Source: Ophelia neglecta (taxonomy: Eukaryota). From it: a stretch of 64,000 bases of DNA. The position numbers and the translations under genes are program-made. The notes under the pieces are model-generated. The model ran no database searches. It was not told the origin of the DNA and saw nothing but the letters and a program-made list of their open reading frames with translations. The DNA lies in the NCBI GenBank assembly GCA_965285935.1, contig OZ260661.1:100068001-100132000 (forward strand), written 5' to 3'. Of this stretch, positions 12,301-24,300 are shown one piece after another; position 1 is the stretch's first letter; the number at the start of each line of letters is the position of its first letter.

Positions 12301-15300
12301 TGAACGGCATATTATACCTATTTCTTTTGCACCTGGCAGAGATAAAAACCATCCTATAGCCATCTATGTAATGACTTTACAGTTCAAACACTCTGTATCA
12401 CAACAGTAATTGGTATCACATGTACATTTACACGTACATAGATTCTACTTTTCATAATTACAATAATCAGATGGAGGAAATTGTGAGTACATTCTGTTGG
12501 TACAGTTTATGGCAACATGTTACCAGGATCACAATGTGGTAAGGCAAAATGGGGCTGTTGATGCTATATGGTGAGACATACATGTCTGGCCCTAGTGGGG
12601 GGATGACAACTCCGAGTGCCTGTCAAGAGGACTCCATGGAGATGGTCGAGGAAGGACCACATGACAAGCACCTGATGACGGCCATCAGCCAGTCATCACC
12701 TTGTTATCTATCTAATATGGCTCAATAGGACAGCCTAGAATTATTGCCCCATGAAACTAATCCCCCCTTGTGTGCAATATGGATGAAGTCGCCCTAGCCC
12801 TGTCACCATTTTCACCATACTCCAGCAGTCTCTAGATGATTAATTCACAACTCTAAAATGTTTACCAAACTTCTAAGGGTCTTCCCCTAAGCCTCTTCCT
12901 CTGGCGAAATTACTGGTTATCAGAGCAAGAGCCTCCTCCATCTAGCGCAGCAAATCTGCATGTAAACCAGCAGATTTACTGGCGAGACTCTTCAAAACAT
13001 ATCTCCCCCACAAGAACTGTGTGTGTGGCACGGCGCCACAGGGACATCTTCATCAAGTTGCTCTAAATGATGAATTGCTGAGTTTGCTCATACTAATTTT
13101 CAAAATTGCATTTTGGCTACATGTTTTCAACCACGCTATCTGTCAAACTCAGTTTTAGAGATGTCATCTTCCCCTATGTACACAGCAATAATTGGTATTG
13201 CTGAAGGCATTCATATTTGCATTGCGATCGGATTCTCGCTCCATTGAAACTGTTGTTAATCGGCCAGATGATCATCAAAACGTGGAGAAAGTCCTGCCTC
13301 TAAAACATTGTCAAAGCACTCACAGAATGAATGGCTTTAGAATCTATAGGAGTGCGGCCGATCTCTAGTTCTTCGCCAAGAATATATCCTATTGCAGAGG
13401 AGGTCTTTGAAGTAGGCATACATCGTTTAGGACCATTATTCCTAATATTTGTTGGTATAATATTTGACAGGTCAAAATGCGTCAATGTCACCAACAATGG
13501 TGCTGTCTTTTAGTAAGAAAATGAAGCAGCCAGGGGTAGGGGTCAATCTGCCCAAATAATAGTGTACGCAAATAATATGTCAATGCTAAAGTCTACATCG
13601 AATTTCAGAAAGGAAATTATCCCATAGTGATCATTGAAGAGCTTGTTCTCAGACAAAAGAGAAATACTTGTTCAAACTTTTGCCCATGGATGGGCCCACA
13701 CTCAATCAGCTTTGGAGAATGTGGTGAAAATATCTGCAGAAATGACAGGATATGTCCAAGGTCCCCTGCACTAAAGCATCTTGACTTAGTTCTGACAAAC
13801 TGCTGCCATGCTTAAATGGAGTTGTTCAAATTTCTAACAGTTGACTAAGACATGGAAAGTTTAAAATAGCTCCTATATCCACAAGTATGTATTCAGACAT
13901 TCACTGGTGGTTTGTAGTCATTTGCAAGTCATTCCTAGTTAAGTCTTGACAGTGAAATATATCTCATTGCTTTGAATGACCCATGTAAAATAAAAATGAA
14001 ATAAATCAATTTTGTGTGAAACTTTACTTAACATGTAAGATCCCTGCCGCCAATTATGGCTGATAAGACAAATATTATGTCGAGGTGCTAATGATATTCT
14101 AATTATCTAATTCCAGCTTAACAGATGAAAGACTTTATATGTTTGTAATAAGTCTTATACAGTCTGCAGTCCAGAGCGGCCCATCCCTCACCGAGGTACA
14201 TCTTATTTGACATGGTTACACTTCCAAGCAGTCTCAGACTAATTAAACCCCTCCAACTGGCAATCACAAATACACAAAACAAATGCTGAGATGGCTGGAC
14301 TTGACATGTCCAAACCATAGTGTTGACATTCATGAAATTAATTTAAGCTTTTTATACAACCAGGGTCTATTAAGAATTTGGCTGGCATGAAGACAAACAG
14401 ACAAGGACCAAAACAAGACGCCTGTCTACACTTGTGGAATCACAAAGTTCTGTTGTTAGGGCAACACAGAGGAGCAACTACTATGATCAAATATACCACT
14501 GAAGGCTAATCTGTCAAAGGAAAAATTTATTGGGCTCATCATGTGAGGGCGAAAGACACAGCTAGACATTTTTCATTCTGTAACAGCATGGAAAGACCAC
14601 ATTTTGTCTGTGGAAGTCTAACATAGGAAAGACACCGTATAATTTATCAGTGGCTAACTTCACTGCTGTACTGCTCCCCCCTGGTGGTGGATAATTAAAC
14701 TAGCACTACAAAGTAGCATTTTCTTTATTTCAAATACTAATTATCAAATTATCTTTCACCTGCAAGTAATTAATTATTAATTAAGGGTGAGAAATCTAAA
14801 AAGAAGATAGGTTTTTCACACTTCCCAATTTTATTCTATCAGCTGAAATTCCAGCAAAGAATCGAACTAAATTTATACAATGCATATTCTCTTTCTTTAA
14901 GTGGCATTATATACAGAATTAGTAATTATCAGTAGAGTAGCATTTTTCTGTGTTGGTTGTTAGTAATATTAGAACATGATGGTTGAAGTTAGTTGTGACT
15001 CAGCCTACCTTGCCTCAGTCAAAGCAGATAAACTCACCTGAAGTGCAGCCTGCTGCTGTTTATCAGGAGTACGGCCGCGCGTCTGCCTTTGTAACCGTAG
15101 CAACTCTCCTTCCATTTTCTTACACTAAAATAAGAGAAAATACTTAAGCTTCCCATCTTGTAATCCTACAGCTTGTAAACTCACTGACAAAATGATGCAA
15201 AGTGCGTTGTCTACCGTCAAATATTCTAGCCTAACTGAGCAGCTTGATTGTACAACTAATATTGACTGTAAATACAGCTTCTTCAATATTTGCGACGTCT

Positions 15301-18300
15301 GCACAGAACAATGTTTATAAAGTTCATTAATCCAATGTGCTTCGTTGGTAGTCAAACCTACTATAAAAATTCTTCAGCAAACTATCAATAATCAAAAGGG
15401 CCTAAAAACCTTTATTATTTCATCACAAACAAGGTAGTTTGTAGAATCTAGCCAAGTACATTGACAAACATTCTGCCATTTCTTTGATGACATTAGCTAC
15501 CGAACTATCACAGATAAAGCCAATTGACGAGTAATTAAACACAACCATAACAAAGAATAAGAGCCCCTGGCTCATTACTAGTAAAAACAGAGTATTTTGT
15601 ACAGGCATCAGATTTTGAATTTTGTGTTCTGTATTAAATGGCTATTAAAATACAAAATTATAGCATATGATTTCTGACATAATTATATATGAATGATTAG
15701 TTATTTGTTAGGAGTGTATGTTTGCACATTGTAATTTTACAGACAAAAAAAAGGAAAATTTTGGGCCATTTCTGAATCAAACCTTGGCCACAGCACTATC
15801 TCTCTCCTCTAGGATGGCCTTCATTTCCTCCGTGGTGATCAGACGTTTCCTCTGCTTTCTGGCATTGATGGTATCAACAATTCGACTGCCATTGCTGTTT
15901 ATTTGAACCGGAGAATCAGCAGTTTCTATTTCTGAGAGCAATTCCTTGAGGCTCTGGAAAGATATTCAGACAATGAAATACAGAAAAGCTTCTTAATCTT
16001 AATTTCAGAACACAACCGGCCAATGGCATTTAAAATAATGACATTTGATTCATTCCCACATGGAAACAAGTCAACTAGAGAAAATTGGGGATTGCTATAA
16101 ATTTTGAATGAAAAACATAAGCATGATGTCAGGTAGCCTGTATTTTATGTAGTTGTCATATGTGCCTCTGAATATGTGTAAAGTTTTATTCAAGATCTAC
16201 TAGGGTAAAATATGGAAATGACAACTAAAATATGCTGGTCATATGTCTGGGTTATCTTGACACTGAACTGATGACACCTGATGAATAGGCTAGAGACATT
16301 GGGATCTCTGGTATAAAATTCACAAGCATGAAACCTATCACAGCCTGTGGGGAAATATTCATAGCTACATGCTAAAACCAATCTTCTTTTATACTAGTCA
16401 TGAATGCAGCAAGAAAACCACCTTGTCGTTCACAAGAAGATGTTTCCACTTCCCGTAGCAGAATGCAGCAGTCATTTCTACTTGGTTTTGACATTCTTAA
16501 CAAAACAATATTGTTATAGAAGACACTCCATGAACACAAAACCGTTCAATAGGGCCCCCGAAAAAATAATTGGGGATCTCAGAAGGAAAGATTGGGGGCA
16601 AAGTAGCATGGGCACATGGAGAAGTCAATGAACAAGGAGGAGAAATGCTGCTCGGAGCCACAGAAGGCCCATTCATTCTCTGCTGATTTCTAAACGAGAT
16701 GAATGACAATGGGGACAAAAGACAATTGAGACCACCCGGGCAATTTGTAGTGGAATTAGACTTTGTTCCAAGCCAGATGAAATTGTGTCGTTTTCATTGC
16801 CTTGATAAAAGTGTCTTTCATCAGTATTCACAGGGAGTGTGTGTGCATGAAATTCCAAAAAATGACCAATCTTTTGATTGCTTCTGTGCTGAAACTAATC
16901 CCCTAAATTACAGAGATAGTTCTATTCAGATCACAACTAGTCACTAAGCCAAACAAAATCTGCACAAGTCCATTACAATTCATCAGGGTCTGGATTATAA
17001 TGTTGAAGTTGCCCTTCTCATTCAGCAAAGCTGTGCAGCACTTTATTGGGAGCTGATGGATTAATTTGTGGTTGATTTGCTGCCCCCAAAGAGTCTGTCA
17101 ATGATCCCCGGTGCAACACATCTGTAATCAAATTAATTCACCGACATGCAGAGTGCCAACATCTCTACCTCGTAATTTCAGGGCGAAAAACTACTAAAAA
17201 TCTGTTGCTTAATCTATCTTTTTCAGGCTTTCTACCAGTAACCATTAAACATGTAAATGGACATTAAATGTCGCAAATATATGACAGCACAGCCATTGTG
17301 TTGTGAAATTCATTGTTTCAAGCATCCAATGACTGGCGTATTGCCCATTGAGAAATATCTAAAGAAGAGACATAATCTGATATTGCCACTTAGCCATCAA
17401 AGTACAGAAAACAGGGAGCACCTGTACCTGCCAAAGATTGTCAATACCACCAAGCCAATCTAGAGTGTGCCACGAATTCAAATTCTCTCTTTTAAGGAAT
17501 TAAGTTTTAATAAAGAAACTGCAATGGTGGGGATGTTGAATAACGATTACCGATTTCCGTCTGCTCGGCATGCATGGCTTTCAAAGAGAGGGATTAATGC
17601 CTGCCCCAATTAGCCAAAACTTTGGTAACTGACTTGATGGCCGAACTGAAGATGGAGGAATAAATCAATTTTACAGGTGGCTGGGCGCACACCATCGCTG
17701 ACAGTGTTCACAATGAGGAAACTATTACACAATGAGTTAAATGTAGTCAAAGATGACAGTGGCTGTTTTGTCTGATGTGATTGTCTGCTTAATTGATTGA
17801 TAATGCAGCGACATGAGCCACGTGCCGGGGATGGCCATTTCAAGGTTTACAACCAATTGATTGACTGTGATGGAAAACTCTGAATGTTTTCCTGCCCACA
17901 GCCTTTTAATAGGGCATGACATTTGAGCGGGTCACTTTTAATTCATGACATTTCATCTCCCAGCAGCATATCTTCACACATGCAAATTAGTTCTGTGAGA
18001 AAATTGGCAATTATTCACTTACCGGACAGTGTTGTGATTTAAACACCACAACTAATAGACTAACATTATCCTGATAATTTGGTAGAAAGCAGGCATAAAT
18101 ATTTTTAGGATGTCATAAAGCGCAACATGGTTAAAGGGATGTCATTTAAGCAGTTCTTTATGGCAACAAATTACATGGTGCCAAAAGTATTCATGCCTAG
18201 TGCAGACCCATTAGCTTATTAATGTTGATATCAATATAAATAAAACCTACCAAGTCCCCGTCAATATCTTCACTGTGCAGTTCATATCTGGAAAGAAAAT

Positions 18301-21300
18301 TATATGTTGATAACAAATATCTCTGATTAGAAATAACATATTATTCCACTTAAGTGTCACAAGGAAGAAATAAACACATAAAAATTACATACAAGAGTCT
18401 GTTATCCACAAGTTTTTTTTCTTCAAAATATTTAAGTGACAACATATGCTTTTCCATGTCAGATAATATAGTAATGTCAACTGAATTACACAATGGCATG
18501 CACACATTTAAAATCTCAAATAGCCCCTGTTAAGTCTGGACAGATATATAAAAATCATATTTATAAATGATAGTTAACATGGTTGGAGTAAAGGCAAAAG
18601 TGTAAAACCATAATTAAAAGCATAAAATGAATTTTCTTTGGCTCTTTCACATGCATCTCTTACCTGACATTTTTCCTTTTTTGAGGAGGAATACTGAACA
18701 AAAATAATTTCAATATAATTACAAACAATTGACAGAACTTTCTCTTTAGAGTGTCTTTGCTTTCTTTTCATTTAAAATTCAACAATAATTTGGGGTTGAC
18801 AAATTGGCGGGGTACCCCGAGTAGCAGACCTGCATTGTGCCTTTACAAGCATGCTCTAACAAGAGGCTGCCATCTGTTGCCATTTAAGTAATTTATGTTA
18901 TGAAGTAGTATTTTCCTGAACTTCTGGCCACTCGGCTAGTTCTAATCTTGACCAGAATTCAAACAAATGCCACACCAGGCAATAAACTAATAAAAAATTA
19001 AGTTGATGGATTAATAGACAAATATGGGGGTGATAAATAGGTGCTTGACATAAATTGTATAAGTTCTTGCCTTTGAGACAAAATTTTTCATGATCACATG
19101 CAGAAAGTTTGGTGTACAGTCAAAAAAGTATCAGTAACAGATAAGGTGGCTTAAAGGCTTCAGCTTCAAGGTCAAATATGTACACAGCTCCAGTATGCTA
19201 GTATAAATATAACCAGATTAAGTTATTGCTGGACTAAATTTGTAATGATTTGTGGATATCTGAAAAACTGCTACTACGGGTTTTTGTTTTATTGTGAAGT
19301 CTAAAAATTGTTTGCATGGGATTAGCTATCAAAGGGACCATAGAGCCCCAGGATTGGGTTGAGGACAGTGGCTGTACAGCTGCTGGCCAATCAAAGGGTG
19401 TCTCTCAAAGTCAATGCAACTGCACACCTGACAATCACTCTATAAGTAGGGGGTTCATGGGGAAAACTCACAATAACCTCGGAAGAGATGTCTGACAGTG
19501 TGTTAACAATATTAGGGTGACAACAGCACAGTCACTGATAACCCTGGTACTGAGATAACTTCAAGGTATATGGGTACAAATCATATCATTTGTTTTAATA
19601 CTAACTCGTCCATGGTAGTTTCTCGCTGCCTCAGTTTAAGCATAGCCTCATCTCTCTCCTCATTGGCTATCCTCAAGCGACCAAGCATGGCCTCATCACG
19701 CTTCTTCTGGGCTCGATAGATCTCCTCAACAAGTTCTGAGTAAGCAACGGAAAGATTCAAAGTATAACTCAAATTTTGATGGACCCTAGCACATTGAAGG
19801 CTCTAACCAGAAAAATTTAGTGCTATATTTCAAATTAACAGATCATTAATGTCAAATTTTAAACCAAGATTGGATTTGCACATTAAACAATCATGCAATA
19901 TACAATTTTAAATACTGTGTACCAGGATTAAGTATTTAACTAAATTCTTCGAGCACAATTAAATCAATTTACCGCTGGGGTAACAACTTTCATTTCAAAG
20001 TACTTTTTTCTGTTACCAGGGTATTATCATTCTTCAAATATAAATAAGCAGATTCCCTACATTAACTATACAAAAAAGGTAGAATATAAAACCATATAAA
20101 AAGTACCTGTGATAGTGATTATATGATATATATAGCAAATATAAATATAAACAATGCCCTTTGGATCAAGGACCCTCATCCCAAAACAGTGAAAAATGGC
20201 TTAATCACAAGTCTACATAACCATGAAATATCACCAAATCTGTCTACCTGCTACTTTCCCTGTAGCATCAGACTGCAGTTGAGCATCTTTTGTCTCTGAG
20301 ATAATCTTCAAAGTCTGCAACTCCTTCTCGGTATTAGACAGCCGCTCTTGTAACTAGATGGACATAATAATATTCTAATTAGGTCACATGTTACCCACAG
20401 ACAACAGATTATTAATTCTTGACTTATAAGTCATTGCTTTATGTGTTCACTGGACATAATAACTGGTCTAAGGAAACCTATTTGAACATGTCTTAATATA
20501 CTTTTGTGTCACTGAAATGAAATTTGCAAGTTTTTCCTATGAGTTAATATTGTTTGAAAACTATTAAAAGTTTCTGCTAGTGATACCTTTGTATTGAGGT
20601 CTTTGGAGCTATCTAGTTCAGTGAGAAGCAGAGAGAGCTGTCTGTTTTGTTCTCTGTTGGCACTGATTTCTTTGGCATTGGCTGCTGCCACAGCAGCTGC
20701 CCCATCCTTATCTAATCCAGAGATCAGATTGGGGGTGGACCTGCTCATCATCCCTGTTGAACCCAAAGCACCATATCGAGTTCCTGAGCTTACATTGTTG
20801 GTACTAGTGCTGATGGCTGAACCATCATTATATGTTCCTGGATGTGATGTGGCACTGGATAGGTTACCAAAAGCACCAGGCTGGTTGTCTGAGGCAAAGG
20901 CATTTTGGCCATTTGGATTGGTGATAACAGCACCTTGGGGCCCAGGGGAATAACCAGGGTACATGGGAGGCCCTGGCATTGCTGGCCCTGACATGGCTTG
21001 TCCTTGCATGGACTGCGCTGCTACAGGTGTGGAATGTGCTGTGGGGGGTGCCATAGCTGCTTGGGCTCCAGGCATTCCCTGCATTGGACTATACATCATT
21101 TGTGGAACTTGGTAGGGGAACATGGCCGGTATGTATCCCCCATAGGGTGGGCTGGGGAAGCCTTGGAATGGGGTCCCTGGGAAGCTTGTGTATCCACTGT
21201 CGTCTGCTCTGTGGCGGGAATATTGTCTGTCTCGGTCTTCCCGACTCTGGGTGCGACCACGTCTGTCTCGCACTGGACTATGACTTCTCTGGCGTCTCCT

Positions 21301-24300
21301 ACGACCAAACTCCTCCTCGCTGTCAGAACCACCACCACCACGTCTGCCAGGAGACTTACTAGTGCCTGCAACATCACATTTATCATTAAAACAAAATTAT
21401 ACAATTCAACCAAATATAATGGATACAGTTACTCTTCAGGAAATAATAGCTGAGCCGTTGTCAATTATTTAATGGGAGCAATCATATGCTTTAGTAAACA
21501 AAAGAATTAAGTTAATCACTGCCATTGAAAAAATGAAAATTGTGTTTTTCTAGGCAGGAAAGGTTTGACATTATAGCTTTTTGCAATCACTTCTGTTAAC
21601 ATGTTCTCAAACATGTCAAGTGAAACCTAACCAGAACAGGAAATAAAATGACACCCAGTAAAAATGTTGGCTGGCTGCTGATGATTTCTGCAAATGTGTG
21701 TTTACACAGTAGTAGACCTCCAGGTAACGGGACCCCCTAAACCATTAGCCCGGCGGTCAATAATGGCACAATTCAGGTAAAACGATGACATATGATGATG
21801 TTCGACTGCCAAACCTCAACCGGACAGTGTGTGGTAAAAATTGACAATATATATATATATCTAACACCAGCCAACATGTCACAATATGGGGAAAAGAAGC
21901 AATTTGTGCCATGTTTGAGCAACACTACAAGCTAAATTGTGGAAAATTGAACAAGATTGATCATTGCTGTAGGTCAGCCATGTAAAGCAAGTCTAAGTAA
22001 ATAGTCGGGTGGACTAGCAAAATTGACACTGAAAAATTACTTCCATCATGCCTTTCATCGCCATGATAGTCTAGCTATTTATTCTAAACACCCGCAGAAA
22101 ATTGTGTTCACTTTGTTCAGGAGTATATTTTCAGCAACAATTATTCCAAAATATATATTAATAAATGGACCTATATATATTTCATTTAATTACAAATAAT
22201 AAGCACATCATTTCTAATAAAACTATCTGGGAATACCAGAGGATTTTTTATATTTATGATTCTTTAACATGTCAAACATAAAAAATCGGGGGCCTGAAGC
22301 AGAGCTCTGCGGAGATGAGCAGACAACTTCACTTAAGGAACCGACTTAAGTCCAGTTATACCTTACCTCTACGACTTTTTCCTCCAATGATCTGTGATTC
22401 GATATCTCTTTCCAGTGATCTCCTAGCACCGGAACTTCTGAAATGTCAAAACCATGCATGATAAGTCATTGACTTTAGAAATACACATTTTGAATACACA
22501 TACACAGAGATAAGATAACTCTATCACAACCTTGGTCCACTGGGTTTGCTTAATCACTGGCATGCTGTTGGAAACAACTGTTATTACAAGCGATGTGTAT
22601 TTGCTCTGTTTAGAAATTTATTGAATTATGCACTAAATGAGTCATTATACAAATACACATACAAAATCTATATAGACACAAAAAATTGTTTCAATTTGTC
22701 TTAACTGCAGTGAATTGACATGGTAACTGTTTCTCATTTTAACTATTGTTGTAACAATTTCGTTACAGTCGGAAATACTGATTGTATATTTGTATAAAAA
22801 TAGTGAAATGAATCCCCCCATGAGAAACTGGCATTCATATGGTTTTAAAGAGGGTGGTCCATCATCACAGGTGTTATATTCTTGGAGGTAAAAAGACCAT
22901 TTCTTAACTTTAATCACAGGTGAATTATTCACTACTAGTCTATAAAGTATAATTTCAATTTGCTTTCACAATACCTTTAATATGATATCCTAAAGTTGTA
23001 GGGCACAAAGTGCCCGTTTACAGAAAAGTAGTAAACAAAAAACTAAACAGATATTATCAAAATGCACATATACATGAACCAAGCTATGATAACAACAGTG
23101 AAAAAACATATAAATATATGTAAAATGTACATGTCTATATAATTTTCAAATACAGCTTCTAAATCTCAATTTACTGTGAAGAAACTTAAAGCCAAACATT
23201 CCTCTGGGGCACTTCAATCTAATCCACAGCCTTCATTCCATCTAGCTTGCTCCATCACTGTTTCTCTGGCTTTGCTCATCCCATTTTATACCAATTCACC
23301 AGGAATATAACATCATATCTGGCAGGTTAACTGCATGAACAGCACAAGGTATAATGCTGAGATAATCTGGGGCTCCTTTACAGCCAGCAACTGGCCGTTT
23401 TGCCATCTGTCATCATGGGTTGTCATGATGACTCCAGCCTTACTTTAGGCTGCATGCATGGAGAACAGCTTGGAACTTACCTATCCCCACCCCTTTCCCC
23501 CCTGTTTAAAATGATTTTCCATTTACCCCTGCTCCCCGCCTTCCCCCTCACTTTAAATGTTTGTTCATCAACTGTATTTGAACAGGAACACCCCTGGATG
23601 AGACACACATTAGCCACTGGATTTCATGCATTGTTCGGGCTTAGCATGATCCCATTAACTGTAACACAGGAGCAATATACATATGTAAATGCTGCAAATG
23701 CACTATAAATGTATGAAAATCATTTCAAAACATTACCATGATTAGTGGGAAAGTTATGACAATGTATCAAGCCCACATGAGCTTACTTACTGATTTGAAC
23801 CTGAACTAGCCATCAAAAGAACTGGGCAAATCATCTTAAAATAACTCAATGATAGGCAGACTGGACTGGCTCTTGTGTTCTATGCTAAGAATGAGATCCG
23901 GCTCCAATCAAAACATACCAACCTGAAATAAGTTAGGCTATGAAAACAGCCTCACATCTGTATAGAGTAGAGCTGACTCGGACAGAGAGATCAACTAGCT
24001 AGCCGTATTCATTCCAGCCTGATGTCTGGAGCTTTCACATATTTAAAAGTTTGAGTAAGAAACTATGCCAAAGTAGCAAATCTTAACAGTGTAAGACTCT
24101 TCAAATATTAGTCTGAGGGGTTCAAGCTTCAGAATAAAAATGTTTGGATTAAGAGATGATGTTGTATCATTGTATAATGGAAGAATTGGTTGTTTATTAT
24201 TAAATATGACTAAACCAATTGACTTTTAATAATGAAACTAACAATGCTGCCAGCTTCTGCTTTTCATATTATTGAATAATTATAACTTGAGCAACAGACA

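Noticed and set aside
12500-14330. Possible ancient minus-strand LINE remnants
   Set aside because: Only faint motif hints in stop-riddled frames; not supportable without a database search.
20594-21453. Several overlapping ORFs of 92-151 aa in other frames and strands
   Set aside because: They are shadows of the GC-richer, low-complexity MIPOL1 exon.
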